A DNA stretch of 64,000 nucleotides from Candidatus Marinacidobacterales bacterium (GCA_965226495.1 OZ245365.1:1632001-1696000); one strand, 5' to 3'; counted from the stretch's first letter, positions 19,160-29,395 are shown. Made by a program: numbers and translations. The notes: generated by a model not told the origin, from the sequence alone.

Positions 19160-20782
19160 GTGATTGAAATGAATCCCGAACCAGACGGGCCTATCGTTCG
19201 TCGGGCCCCTGGGTGGGGTCGGTTCTTCGTGCTGTCGGCCGGTGCCGCGGCGGTCGCTTTGGGTCTGTCGATGGCTCTAGGAGTCTCCGGACCGTTGACG
19301 AAGGGCCCAGCGGCCCAACTTCCGATCCCTGCGGCTTCTCTCGAGTCCGAGAGCGAGAGGGAGCCGAGACCGGCACCTTCCGTACCGGCCATACCAGAAC
19401 GAAACTCGACGGCCCCCGTTCGCGACGATGATGAGAAACTTCCAGATCCCGAAGCGCTGTCGCGCGTCTTTGTCGGTGTCGCCGCCAAAGTAAAGCCGGC
19501 GGTGGTGAATATCTCGACGGAGAAGGTCTCGTCGGATTCACCCTTTCGGCAACCGGAGCCGGGAGGACCGTTCGACGACTTCTTCGAGCGTTTCTTCGGC
19601 GGTCCCCAGGGTGAGCAGCGGCGCCGCAGCCTAGGGTCTGGAGTGATCGTGGATTCTCGTGGCTACATATTGACCAACAACCACGTGGTCGAGCAAGCTG
19701 ACGAGATCGAAGTGCAGCTCTCCGATGAAAGCAGTTTTGCGGCGGAGGTCGTGGGGACCGACCCAGAGACGGATCTTGCGGTCATTCGGATTGAATCGGA
19801 TGAAGAATTTCCGTTTGCCTTGTTGGGCGATTCGAACGATCTCGTGGTCGGGGAGTGGGTGCTGGCGATCGGAAATCCCTTTGGTTTCGGGCACACGGTC
19901 ACGGCCGGCATCGTGAGCGCCAAAGGAAGGATCATCCAACAGGGTCCCTACGATGACTTCATCCAGACCGATGCCGCGATCAACCCAGGTAACTCGGGAG
20001 GACCTCTCGTCAACATGAAGGGGCAGGTGGTCGGGATCAACTCCAACATCATTTCCGCGAGCGGTGGCAGCATGGGGATCGGTTTCGCCATTCCTTCGAA
20101 CCTGGGCCGAAAGATCTACGACCAGCTCGTGGAGTATGGCTCGGTCACTCGCGGCTGGCTGGGGGTAGGTATCCAGAAGTTGACGCCCGAGTTGGCACGG
20201 AGCTTTAAGTTGGAGAACGAGAAGGGAGCCGTGGTCAGTGAAATTCTCGGTGACGACTCGCCAGCGGCTGAGGGAGGTCTTCAGGCGGGGGACGTTATCG
20301 TCGAACTGGACGGGAAAGAAGTGGACTCGGATACAGCGCTTGTGCAGAGGGTGGCCGATGTACGCCCCGGGGAGACGGTCGAGATCAAGTTCTTTCGTGA
20401 TGGCAAGCTGAAAGCCACGAGCATCACGCTTGGGACGCGCGCCAAGAACCTCGCTGCACGCGCGGAACGAAGTGAAGAGACCGAGCGCGGTCGACTCGGG
20501 GTCTCGGTTCAGAATCTCACTCCTCAGCTAGCCTCACAGCTAGGTACTGCCACACGCGCCGGCGTCGTGATTCTCGGGATCGATGCGGCGGGGCCGGCGG
20601 CCGATGTCGGACTCCGGCGTGGAGACATTATCCTCGAGGCGAACCGCGAGCCGGTCGCTACCGTTGATGACTTGGAACGGGAGATAACAAAGGTCGACGC
20701 AGGCGGCGACCTGCTGCTTCGGGTAGAGCGCGTCGTGCGCGGGCAGTCGAGCTTCCTCTGGATTCCGGTGGAGCTCGATTAG
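19160..20782 (+). CDS. HtrA/DegQ (Do) serine endoprotease with two PDZ domains
   Basis: LGSGVI, TNNHVV, DLAV and TDAAINPGNSGG motifs; RGWLGV and GRLGV PDZ starts. Confidence 0.95.
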   Translation: MIEMNPEPDGPIVRRAPGWGRFFVLSAGAAAVALGLSMALGVSGPLTKGPAAQLPIPAASLESESEREPRPAPSVPAIPERNSTAPVRDDDEKLPDPEALSRVFVGVAAKVKPAVVNISTEKVSSDSPFRQPEPGGPFDDFFERFFGGPQGEQRRRSLGSGVIVDSRGYILTNNHVVEQADEIEVQLSDESSFAAEVVGTDPETDLAVIRIESDEEFPFALLGDSNDLVVGEWVLAIGNPFGFGHTVTAGIVSAKGRIIQQGPYDDFIQTDAAINPGNSGGPLVNMKGQVVGINSNIISASGGSMGIGFAIPSNLGRKIYDQLVEYGSVTRGWLGVGIQKLTPELARSFKLENEKGAVVSEILGDDSPAAEGGLQAGDVIVELDGKEVDSDTALVQRVADVRPGETVEIKFFRDGKLKATSITLGTRAKNLAARAERSEETERGRLGVSVQNLTPQLASQLGTATRAGVVILGIDAAGPAADVGLRRGDIILEANREPVATVDDLEREITKVDAGGDLLLRVERVVRGQSSFLWIPVELD

Positions 20783-20810
20783 GGACGGGCTGCCTCCTCA
20801 TTCCGTGGAT

Positions 20811-20900
20811 AGTAATCCTTAGACAGCAAAAGTAATCAATTCACAGTAATCAGTACAACAGCAATGTACTGATTACTACTCGCTGATTACTGATAACTAT
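20811..20900. repeat. AT-rich heptamer array in inverted arrangement (AGTAATC / GATTACT)
   Basis: Three AGTAATC then GATTACT, GATTACT, GATAACT; perfect 13-bp stem at 20845-20877. Confidence 0.8.
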
Positions 20901-20904
20901 CATC

Positions 20905-21546
20905 ATGCAAAGTTTCGCAGATTACCTACGTGCATCGATCATCGGTCTCGGTAGCATTGGCGGGGGAGTCGGTCTCTTTTTCATAGCGTTTTTCGACTCT
21001 TCGTTCATCTCGCTACCCGAGATCAATGACCTCCTCGTTATCTATTTTTGCATGCGCTTCAAAGGCCATGCGTTCTATTACGCGGTCATGGCTGCGCTCG
21101 GTTCGGCGGCTGGTTGCACGGTGCTTTATTGGCTCGGGAGATCGAAAGGCTATGGATTCCTAGAGAAGCGCTACTCGGAAGAGAGGCTCAAATCGGCTCT
21201 TGGTTTTTTTCGGCGCTACGGAATGTTTGCGCTCATCGGCCCGGCTTTGCTACCGCCGCCCTTCCCGTTCAAGATCTTCGTTTTGTCCGCCGGAGTCTTT
21301 AAGATCCCGTTCGGTAGGTTTCTAGTCGCCATCCTATTGGGACGCGGTTTCCGATACTCTTGCGAAGCGTGGCTCGCGGTGCGATATGGGGAGCGAGCCA
21401 TGGCCTATTTGCACGCGAACTATATGCAATTGGCAATGGTCGCTTGTGCCCTGACCCTGACTTCCATTGTGATCTACCTCGTGGTCACGGCGCTCAAGAA
21501 GAGACATCGAGCGACTTCCGACGAGGCTCCCGAGCCCAACCTTTAG
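20905..21546 (+). CDS. YqaA/DedA (VTT) family membrane protein
   Basis: FFDSSFISLP, LGS..G, LLPPPFPFKIF and GRGFRY motifs. Confidence 0.85.
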   Translation: MQSFADYLRASIIGLGSIGGGVGLFFIAFFDSSFISLPEINDLLVIYFCMRFKGHAFYYAVMAALGSAAGCTVLYWLGRSKGYGFLEKRYSEERLKSALGFFRRYGMFALIGPALLPPPFPFKIFVLSAGVFKIPFGRFLVAILLGRGFRYSCEAWLAVRYGERAMAYLHANYMQLAMVACALTLTSIVIYLVVTALKKRHRATSDEAPEPNL

Positions 21547-21651
21547 AGCGCTCCCCCCGGAGTTGCATGCTCCCGGAGGAGGGTTTTGACAAACAGGCCT
21601 CCGCAGGGCACTAATGAGTTAGTTTGAATCCCAGAGTTTCGGTGCACCACA

Positions 21652-22530
21652 ATGGAGGATAGCAAGCTCTCCGGCTCCCGGATTCGAGCCTCACCGATCG
21701 CCGGTACCTGGTATCCCGGCCAGCCGGACACTCTAGAGCGCGCGGTGCTCGATCTCTTGGAGGCGGTCGAGCCGGTCGATATTAACGGAGAGCTCGTAGC
21801 ACTCCTTTGTCCCCATGCGGGTCTGCGGTACTCGGGCGGAGTGGCCGCTGCCGGTTATCGCCTCTTGGAGCAGAGACCCTTCGATACCGCATTGGTGTTG
21901 GGGCCTTCCCACCACGTCTACTTTCAGGGAGCTTCTGTCTATGATCGCGGCGCCTTCGAGACGCCTCTGGGGCGCATCCAGATAGATGAAGAGCTTGCCA
22001 GGGCTGTTCACGACAGCAGCCCCTGTATGCGCGTTTTTTTCGAGGCTCATGATCAAGAACACTGTCTCGAGATGCAGCTACCCTTTCTGCAGGTTCTGAA
22101 CCCCGAGATGAAAATCGTCCCGATCATCATGGGAGACCAGAGTCGTCAGAACGTCGAGGCGGTGGCCGATGCCATCGCCTCGACTCTGATCCGCAACGGC
22201 AGACGGGTCCTCTTGATCGCAAGTTCAGATCTATCCCACTACAAGTCCGCAGAGGTTGCTCAGGCTATGGATGGAAAGGTCTCCGCACTCGTCGATCGGT
22301 TCGATCCGGACGGTCTCATGGAGCTTCTGGAGACGAATCATGAACATGCCTGCGGCGGCGGGCCGCTGGTAGCCGTGATGCGAGCGGCTCGGGCCCTCGG
22401 TGGTCGATCGGCACAGATTCTGAGGTCTGGGGATTCGGGCGACATCAGCGGGGACAAATCGGAGGTGGTTGGTTATTTGTCGGCGGCGGTTTACAGTTCG
22501 GAGCCACAGCGGTGCCACACGAGGACGTAG
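21652..22530 (+). CDS. amrB: AmmeMemoRadiSam system protein B (MEMO1 family)
   Basis: AGTWYP, PHAGLRYSG, GPSHH, EHCLEMQLPFLQ, SSDLSHY, ACG and VVGY motifs. Confidence 0.9.
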   Translation: MEDSKLSGSRIRASPIAGTWYPGQPDTLERAVLDLLEAVEPVDINGELVALLCPHAGLRYSGGVAAAGYRLLEQRPFDTALVLGPSHHVYFQGASVYDRGAFETPLGRIQIDEELARAVHDSSPCMRVFFEAHDQEHCLEMQLPFLQVLNPEMKIVPIIMGDQSRQNVEAVADAIASTLIRNGRRVLLIASSDLSHYKSAEVAQAMDGKVSALVDRFDPDGLMELLETNHEHACGGGPLVAVMRAARALGGRSAQILRSGDSGDISGDKSEVVGYLSAAVYSSEPQRCHTRT

Positions 22531-23120
22531 ATTCGAGTTTGAGCCCCGTTCAGCGCCAAGCACTTTTGAACATAGCGCGCTGGGCTCTCGAGACGTTCGT
22601 CAACGATGGGTCCGAGGCGTCCTACCGACTGAGAGATCCTGAGCTCGAAAAACCGGCCGCCGCCTTCGTTACTCTCACCCGCAAGGGAGACCTCCGCGGG
22701 TGCGTGGGATACAGCGATCCACTCTATCCGCTCCACCAAATGATCTCCCGTTGCGCGAGATCGGCTGCCAGCGAGGATTATCGCTTCCCGCCGGTTCAAC
22801 GCGACCAGTTATCGGAACTGAGAGTATCGATTTCCGTCCTCTCGCCGTTGGAGAAAGTCGACAACCTCGAGAACATCATCGTCGGGCGGGACGGCCTGCT
22901 CGTCGTCGATTCGGAATGCCGGGGGCTTCTACTTCCCCAGGTTGCTCCTGAGCAGGGGTGGGACCGAGAAGGTTTTCTAGATGGTGTCTGTCGGAAAGCC
23001 GGATTGCCGGACTCCGCCTGGCGGACGGGACGACTCGAGATATTCGGTTTCCAGACCGAGAATTTTTCTGAAGGTGAAAACGAGGTCGCGGTTGGGATGC
23101 AGGCCGTAACGAAAACGTAG
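22512..23120 (+). CDS. amrA: AmmeMemoRadiSam system protein A (AMMECR1 family)
   Basis: FVTL..KGDLRGCVG, DYRF, GLLLPQV and CRKAGL motifs. Confidence 0.9.
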   Translation: MPHEDVDSSLSPVQRQALLNIARWALETFVNDGSEASYRLRDPELEKPAAAFVTLTRKGDLRGCVGYSDPLYPLHQMISRCARSAASEDYRFPPVQRDQLSELRVSISVLSPLEKVDNLENIIVGRDGLLVVDSECRGLLLPQVAPEQGWDREGFLDGVCRKAGLPDSAWRTGRLEIFGFQTENFSEGENEVAVGMQAVTKT

Positions 23121-23174
23121 TCCCAACCGCTTTTGGCGAGGGCTAGAATGAGGACGAGGAGGAGGCCAACGTCT

Positions 23175-23215
23175 ATTAACCTGACGTCAACAAATTGTTC
23201 ACACCAAATTAACCC
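23175..23215 (+). promoter_or_regulatory. Pho-box-like array of four 11-bp-period direct repeats
   Basis: TTAAC 23176, TCAAC 23187, TTCAC 23198, TTAAC 23209; upstream of the Na/Pi symporter and PhoU genes. Confidence 0.7.
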
Positions 23216-23269
23216 TCACGGGTTGACCCGCCGCGGTGAATCAAGATAATAGAACTTCCGACTAGCTGA

Positions 23270-24439
23270 ATGAACCCGTCCTGCCGAGAAACCGCTCCTA
23301 GCCCGGCATCGCCGGGGCACCTTCTGCTGCGCCTCGCTTCGATCCTATTGTTGCTTTTCGTTTTCCTGATTGGAGTGAAGGGGCTCGGGGACGGCTTCAA
23401 GATGCTGGGCCGAGATCTTCTGGCGGGCTTCTTTACCGCCACCGAAAATCCCTTTATCGGCCTGATGGTAGGGATTCTGACAACGACGCTCGTCCAGAGC
23501 TCCTCGGTGACGACCTCCATGATTGTCGGTCTGGTCGCGGCACCGGAAAACCCATTGCCTCTCGCCAACGCGGTGCCCATGGTGATGGGTGCGAATATCG
23601 GCACGACGGTTACCAACACCATCGTGGCGTTGGCCCACATGGGGCGTCCAGAGGAGTTCCGTCGAGCCTTTGCGGTCGCCACCTGCCATGACTTCTTCAA
23701 CTACATGAGTGTCGCGATCCTGATTCCGTTGGAGCTGACGACGGGCTTCCTGCAAAGGGCGGCCGCCTTCCTGGTTGCCCCGCTCGAGGGAGTCGGGGGT
23801 ATCAAATACGAGAGTCCGCTCAAAGATGCGCTCAAGGCTGGTCTCGCCCCGGTCAAAAATTTCGCCAAGCTGCTGTTTGAAAGCGAGCGGGGCCAAGCAG
23901 TTGTGGTCATCTTTGTGAGCGCCTTATTGATCTTCACCGCCTTGGCGTTATTGGTGAAGGTGATGAGGTTGGTCATGCAGACCAGGGTGGAGAGTTACGT
24001 GGGCAGTGTCCTCGGTTCGAGCACACTTTTGTCGATGTTGATCGGCGTCATCGTGACGGTCATGGTCCAGTCGAGCTCCATCACCACGTCGTTGCTGGTG
24101 CCGTTGGCGGGAGCGGGGTTGTTGACCCTCAAGCAGGCGTTTCCAATCACTCTGGGGGCGAACATCGGCACCACCGTCACCGCGCTTCTGGCGTCGCTGG
24201 CGGTGTCAGGACCCAACGCCGCGGCCGGTGTCGAGATCGGTTTGGTTCACCTGCTATTCAACCTCACTGGGACACTGCTCATTTATCCCGTGCCCGCGAT
24301 CCGCAATATTCCCTTGAGGGTGGCCCGCGGTCTGGCCGATCGCGCGGTGCAGTCCCGCAAAGTGGCTCTAGCCTATGTGGTCGGGCTGTTTTACGGCGTC
24401 CCGGCTCTCTTGATAGTCTTGAATAAGATCCTTAGGTGA
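23270..24439 (+). CDS. Na+/Pi symporter (NptA/SLC34 family)
   Basis: Two repeats of VQSSS...GANIGTT. Confidence 0.92.
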   Translation: MNPSCRETAPSPASPGHLLLRLASILLLLFVFLIGVKGLGDGFKMLGRDLLAGFFTATENPFIGLMVGILTTTLVQSSSVTTSMIVGLVAAPENPLPLANAVPMVMGANIGTTVTNTIVALAHMGRPEEFRRAFAVATCHDFFNYMSVAILIPLELTTGFLQRAAAFLVAPLEGVGGIKYESPLKDALKAGLAPVKNFAKLLFESERGQAVVVIFVSALLIFTALALLVKVMRLVMQTRVESYVGSVLGSSTLLSMLIGVIVTVMVQSSSITTSLLVPLAGAGLLTLKQAFPITLGANIGTTVTALLASLAVSGPNAAAGVEIGLVHLLFNLTGTLLIYPVPAIRNIPLRVARGLADRAVQSRKVALAYVVGLFYGVPALLIVLNKILR

Positions 24440-24457
24440 TAATTAGGGGAGACACCC

Positions 24458-25162
24458 ATGCTTCGTGAATTGCTCACCATATTTCGTTCCGAGAATCCGC
24501 TCAATGCGATGGGCAAAAAGTTCGCCAAGATGCTGCAGCTGACCCTCGAAATGACGACCCGCGCCGGCGACATCTTTTTCGATAACCAAAACTCTCCCGA
24601 AGAGCGGACCCGGATCTACGAACAGGATGTACGGGTCAATCAGCTGGAGCGTTCGATTCGTAAGAGGGTCGTAGCCCATTTGTCGATTCCGGGGAACACT
24701 CAAGACGTTCCATACTCACTGCTTTTGATGAGTCTGGTGAAAGACGTGGAGCGGATCGGGGACTACGCCAAGAATCTTGCGGAGCTCGTCGACTTTCGCC
24801 CCGGGTCGCTACCGGAAGATGAGATTGTCAACGAGCTCAAGGAGATCCGCCGGGGTGTCGAAGACGCCTTCCAGTCCACCCTGGACATCTTTGCGACGTC
24901 CGACACTGAGCGCGCCATGCAATACATTCACCAGGGCCGAGACCTTGCCCACCGGTGTGATTCACTGATTCAACGTGTTGCCAGCGCAAGCCACGATGCT
25001 GCTACGACCACGGTATTGGTTCTTTGCTCGCGCTATTACAAGCGCATCGGTGGCCACGCGCTCAATATTTTGTCCGCCGTGGTGATGCCGCTCCACAAGA
25101 TCGACTACTACGACGAGAATGAGATTCCCAAGAAGCAGCAAGAGACGGCTGCCTCGAGCTAA
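24458..25162 (+). CDS. PhoU-domain protein
   Basis: D..VNQLE, KDVERIGDYAKN and YKRIGGH..NI helical repeats; adjacent to the Pi symporter. Confidence 0.88.
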   Translation: MLRELLTIFRSENPLNAMGKKFAKMLQLTLEMTTRAGDIFFDNQNSPEERTRIYEQDVRVNQLERSIRKRVVAHLSIPGNTQDVPYSLLLMSLVKDVERIGDYAKNLAELVDFRPGSLPEDEIVNELKEIRRGVEDAFQSTLDIFATSDTERAMQYIHQGRDLAHRCDSLIQRVASASHDAATTTVLVLCSRYYKRIGGHALNILSAVVMPLHKIDYYDENEIPKKQQETAASS

Positions 25163-25164
25163 GC

Positions 25165-25365
25165 CCTGAGCCCACGCGGAGCGGCGCTGGCGGCCGCAGC
25201 GAAGCCAGTCGAGCGTAGGCCGCGCCCGAGCGAGGAGCGAGGGTGCAGTTGAACCAAGACGCGAGTCGCGGAGCGAGCAGCGAACGGGGGGAGCCTTCAG
25301 CCGTCGCGCAGGCACCGGTTGACGAAGCGACGAGCACGGGGGTGGGGCCCCGTGAAACTGAAAGA
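25165..25365 (+). repeat. Composite intergenic repeat with a double-hairpin module (25291-25365)
   Basis: GAGCCTTCAGCCGTC...CACGGGG-GTGGGG-CCCCGTG...TGAAAG; also AGGGTGCAGTT shared with 61268. Confidence 0.75.
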
Positions 25366-25393
25366 CTGCGTCCCCGCGCGTATTAATAAAACC

Positions 25394-27184
25394 TTAATAC
25401 GGCGTAACTCTGAGGACCTCAGAAACCGTCGACACTCCCCGCACCAGTTTTTCTATGGCGGACTCACGTAGAGACCGCATCCCTTCCTCGCGGGCGGTGC
25501 GGACGATTGCCGGCGCTTCGGCCTTCCCGACGATCAGCTTACGGATCTTGGAAGAGACCGGCATGACTTCGTACACGCCGCTGCGGCCTACGTAGCCGGT
25601 CTGCCGGCAGTGGATGCAGCCCTTACCGCGTCGGAAATGCAGCCCGGAGATTTTCTCGTAGGGGACCTGGAGAGCCAAAGCTTCCTCCTCGGTGGGTTTG
25701 CACTCCTCGATGCACTTCGAGCAGATGGTTCGCACTAACCGCTGCGCCAAGACCCCGACCAGCGTAGATGTGATGAGGAAGGGCTGTATCTTGAGGTCCA
25801 AAAGGCGCGTGATAGCCGAAGGGGCGTCGTTAGTGTGTAGCGTGGAAAGTACAAGGTGACCGGTGAGTGCGGCCTGCACGGCCATGTCCGCTGTTTCATG
25901 GTCTCGAATCTCCCCCACCATCACCACATCAGGGTCCTGGCGAAGCACGGTGCGGATGGCGTTGGCGAAGGTGACCCCGATCTGAGGCATGATCTGCACT
26001 TGGTTGAAGTCCTCATGGATCAACTCGACCGGGTCTTCGACGTTGACGATATTGATCTCGGGTCGTGAAAGATGGCGGAGTGCGGAGTAAAGCGTCGTGG
26101 TTTTTCCGCTTCCGGTGGGACCGGTAACGAGGATGATGCCTTCCTTGTGAGAGAGAAATGATTGGAATTTCGGGAAGTCCTTTTCCGAGAAGCCGAGCTC
26201 GTCCAGCGACTGGAGCAAAATGTCGGGATCGAATATGCGGAGCACGCATTTCTCGCCAAAGACGGTAGGCATCGTCGACACCCGAATCTCTATCTCCTTG
26301 CCACCTCGATCCCGCTTGATTCGTCCATCCTGCGGGCGCCGTTTCTCGGCGATGTTGAGCCCGCTCAGCATCTTGATACGACTCGCCACCGCTTGATAAA
26401 CGATCTTGGGAATGACGTGCACGTCGTGGAGCACGCCGTCGATGCGCAAGCGCACCAGTGCGATGTTCCGCTTGGGCTCCAGGTGTATGTCGGAGGCTCG
26501 CTGCTCAAACGCGTGATCCAGCAGGCTGTCCAAAGCGGTGACGACCGGCTGCATCGAGGGGTCCATCTCCTCCGAGGGACCGGACAGGAACTCTTGGTTG
26601 GTTACGTCGATGGAGGAGATGCGCCCTTCGGTAAGCTGGCTTTCCGCGGCTTGGAGGGAGGTCTTGAGGTCGTAGAAGCCTTTGTTGACGGTTTCGATAT
26701 CGGTGCGAGTGGCGACCACCAGCTTGACCTCGAGCCCCGCGAATTGCTGAAGATCCCGTAACGGAGCGAGGTTGAAAGGATTGGCTATCGCCACGGTGAT
26801 GCCGTTCTGGTGCTTCGAGATCGCACACATGGTGTGCTTGCGCGCGAAAGGGGCGGGCAGAGCGCTAGTGACGACATCGAGGTCGAGGTCCAGAGGATTG
26901 ATCTTCAAGAACGGGAGCTTTGCGTGTTGCGCAACGGCCTGAGCGATTTCGATTTCGCTCAGAACACCCAGCTGTAAGATGATATCGGCTTCGGGGCCAG
27001 GGTTCAGCTTGCGCGCGCGCCTGACCTTCTCGACCTGCTCCGCGGTCAGGAGCCCCTGTGTGGACAGAATATCCAGAAGTTCGGGGATGTTCGTCGAAGC
27101 AGCGGTCGCTGCGGGGCGTCGCGTGGAGGCCATTCGAATTCCTAGCGGAACATTCATTATCCCGTCCTCCTGATATGAAGTCAA
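25394..27184 (-). CDS. GspE/PulE/PilB family secretion or pilus ATPase
   Basis: RASDIHLEP, RRPQDGR, GPTGSGKTTT, RQDPDVVMVGEIRD, GHLVLSTLH and Cys4 motif. Confidence 0.95.
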   Translation of the reverse strand: MTSYQEDGIMNVPLGIRMASTRRPAATAASTNIPELLDILSTQGLLTAEQVEKVRRARKLNPGPEADIILQLGVLSEIEIAQAVAQHAKLPFLKINPLDLDLDVVTSALPAPFARKHTMCAISKHQNGITVAIANPFNLAPLRDLQQFAGLEVKLVVATRTDIETVNKGFYDLKTSLQAAESQLTEGRISSIDVTNQEFLSGPSEEMDPSMQPVVTALDSLLDHAFEQRASDIHLEPKRNIALVRLRIDGVLHDVHVIPKIVYQAVASRIKMLSGLNIAEKRRPQDGRIKRDRGGKEIEIRVSTMPTVFGEKCVLRIFDPDILLQSLDELGFSEKDFPKFQSFLSHKEGIILVTGPTGSGKTTTLYSALRHLSRPEINIVNVEDPVELIHEDFNQVQIMPQIGVTFANAIRTVLRQDPDVVMVGEIRDHETADMAVQAALTGHLVLSTLHTNDAPSAITRLLDLKIQPFLITSTLVGVLAQRLVRTICSKCIEECKPTEEEALALQVPYEKISGLHFRRGKGCIHCRQTGYVGRSGVYEVMPVSSKIRKLIVGKAEAPAIVRTAREEGMRSLRESAIEKLVRGVSTVSEVLRVTPY

Positions 27185-27251
27185 TGACGAGATCGGCCCT
27201 TCGAATCCGCCCTTTCGCGGCTATCTTCCTGTAAAAAAAAGGCTTGAGGGG

Positions 27252-27280
27252 TTGACACGGTTCTTGCGTCTTGCTATACT
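27252..27280 (+). promoter_or_regulatory. sigma70 promoter for tRNA-Val/thrS
   Basis: TTGACA-17 nt-TATACT with extended -10 TG and GC-rich discriminator. Confidence 0.85.
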
Positions 27281-27303
27281 CCCGGGCCACGTTGGTGTTT
27301 TGT

Positions 27304-27378
27304 AGGCGCGTAGCTCAGTGGGAGAGCGCTACCTTGACGTGGTAGATGTCGGGGGTTCAAATCCCTCCGCGCCTACCA
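27304..27378 (+). tRNA. tRNA-Val(GAC)
   Basis: Acceptor AGGCGCG/CGCGCCT, D arm, anticodon stem CTACC/GGTAG with loop TTGACGT, GTTCAAAT T loop, encoded CCA. Confidence 0.97.
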
Positions 27379-27457
27379 TTTGCTGGATATCTTGCCATCT
27401 GCGAGGATCCTAGCGATCCGCCGCGGATTTTTTTGTGGGCCAAGCCATCTTCGAACT

Positions 27458-29395
27458 ATGAGTGATCAAGGCGTCATCTCGATAACGTTGCCCGACGGGA
27501 ACAGGAGGGAGGTTTCCGCCGGCACGACGGTGAAGGAGATCGCGGATGAGATCTCGCGCGGTCTGTCTAAGCGTGCGCTCGCCGCCAAGGTTGACGGCTT
27601 GCAAGTTGATCTGTCTCATCCAATGAAGTCCGACGCAAAGCTCGAAATTCTGACGGCCAAAGATCCCGAGGTGCTCGAAATCTACCGGCACAGTTCGGCT
27701 CATTTGTTAGCGGCGGCGGTCCTAGAGCTCTTCCCGGAGGCCAAGTGCGGCGTGGGCCCGCCCACCGAGGAGGGATTCTTTTACGATTTCCAGATGCCGC
27801 GGCCCTTCACGCCCGAAGATCTCGAGGCCATCGAAAAAAGAATGAAGGAGATCGTCGGTCGGAATGTTCCTTATCGGCGCGTGGAGATGCCGAAAGCGGA
27901 AGCCATCGAAAAATTCCGTGAGCTGGGGCAAGACTTAAAGTTGGAGCTGGTCGAGGAAAAAGGCGAACCCGTCGTTTCCTGCTATTGGTTGGGGGAGTTT
28001 TTCGATTTTTGCCGAGGACCCCATATTCCTTCGAGCAGCCAGGTCAAGGCGCTAAAAGTCCTCGGTTGCTCCGGGGCCTATTGGAAGGGCGATGAGAGTA
28101 ATGCGCCGATGCAGCGGATCCATGCGACTAGCTTCTTCAATCAAAAAGAGCTAGACGAGCATCTTCATCGGGTCGAAGAAGCCAAGCGCCGCGATCATCG
28201 GAAGCTCGGGCGCGAGTTGGGGCTCTTCACCATCGTGAGCGAGGCACCCGGGCAAGTGTTCTGGCTACCCAACGGATGGCGCATCGTGAATTTGCTAATG
28301 GACTACATGCGAGAGAAGCTCGAGCGGCGCGACTACCTCGAGATCCGTACCCCCCTCATCTTGGATGAAGAACTTTGGCGCCGGACCGGCCACCTGGATC
28401 ACTACCAGGACAATATGTACTTTGTCGAGAATGAAGAGAATGAATCGACTCGATTCGGCATCAAGCCGATGAATTGCCCGGGCGCAGCCATCGTTTACGA
28501 AAGCGAGTTGCGATCGTACCGAGATCTGCCCCTGCGGCTCGCAGAGTTCGGACATTGCCATCGGCTCGAGCGCTCCGGCGTGCTTTCCGGCCTCACCCGG
28601 GTACGCGCCTTCCTTATGGACGATGCCCATATTTACTGCACCATGGCGCAGGTCCAGTCGGAGGTCGAGGACCTCATCGATTTGGTCTTCGAGGTCTACC
28701 GCGAATTGGGGTTCGAAGGGACTCGAGTCGAGCTTTCGAGCCGGCCCGAAAGCTCCATCGGAACGGCAGAGCAGTGGGAAGAGGCGGAGGCCGCTCTCCA
28801 GAAGGCACTCGAGGGAAAGGGTTGCGAGTTCGGGATGAATCCGGGTGATGGGGCGTTTTACGGGCCCAAGATAGATTTTCACGTCAAAGACGCCCTGGGC
28901 CGCTCGCACCAGTGTGCAACCATCCAACTGGATTTCTTTCAGGCCGAGAGGTTCGATCTGCATTACGCGGCTGAAGACGGTACCAGGCAGCGTCCGGTCG
29001 TCATTCATAGGGCCATATTCGGCTCGTTCGAGCGATTCGTCGCCATTCTGATCGAGCACACGGGCGGAGCCTTTCCGTATTGGCTGGCACCGGTCCAGGC
29101 GGTAGTGCTCCCGATTGCCGAACGCCATACCGAATATGCCCAGCAAGTGACGGAAGCCCTTCGTAGAGAGGGCATTAGGGTCAAACTCGACGCCCGCAGC
29201 GAGAAGACCGGCTACAAAATCCGGGATGCCCAGTTGAAGAAAATTCCCTTCATGCTGGTGCTCGGGGATCGCGAAGTGGAGGCTCAGAACCTATCGGTCC
29301 GGAATCGGACTGAGGGTGACAAGGGGGCGATGAGCCTCCAGGAGTTCGTCCACCAGGGGAAAGACCTCGTCGAGCGCCGGGCTCTTACCCTCTAG
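27458..29395 (+). CDS. thrS: Threonine--tRNA ligase
   Basis: ITLPDG TGS start, HSSAHL, GAYWKGD, RDHRKLG, KPMNCP, GAFYGPKID and IHRAIFGSFER motifs. Confidence 0.97.
   Translation: MSDQGVISITLPDGNRREVSAGTTVKEIADEISRGLSKRALAAKVDGLQVDLSHPMKSDAKLEILTAKDPEVLEIYRHSSAHLLAAAVLELFPEAKCGVGPPTEEGFFYDFQMPRPFTPEDLEAIEKRMKEIVGRNVPYRRVEMPKAEAIEKFRELGQDLKLELVEEKGEPVVSCYWLGEFFDFCRGPHIPSSSQVKALKVLGCSGAYWKGDESNAPMQRIHATSFFNQKELDEHLHRVEEAKRRDHRKLGRELGLFTIVSEAPGQVFWLPNGWRIVNLLMDYMREKLERRDYLEIRTPLILDEELWRRTGHLDHYQDNMYFVENEENESTRFGIKPMNCPGAAIVYESELRSYRDLPLRLAEFGHCHRLERSGVLSGLTRVRAFLMDDAHIYCTMAQVQSEVEDLIDLVFEVYRELGFEGTRVELSSRPESSIGTAEQWEEAEAALQKALEGKGCEFGMNPGDGAFYGPKIDFHVKDALGRSHQCATIQLDFFQAERFDLHYAAEDGTRQRPVVIHRAIFGSFERFVAILIEHTGGAFPYWLAPVQAVVLPIAERHTEYAQQVTEALRREGIRVKLDARSEKTGYKIRDAQLKKIPFMLVLGDREVEAQNLSVRNRTEGDKGAMSLQEFVHQGKDLVERRALTL

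Noticed and set aside
27304-27378. tRNA-Val as an integration site for an island
   Set aside because: thrS follows immediately; no integrase and no duplicated tRNA 3' end seen in the window.
28295-29146. Long antisense or alternate-frame ORFs (for example 28295 minus, 33942 plus, 60274 minus, 61331 minus)
   Set aside because: Shadows of well-supported genes in GC-rich DNA, with no motifs.
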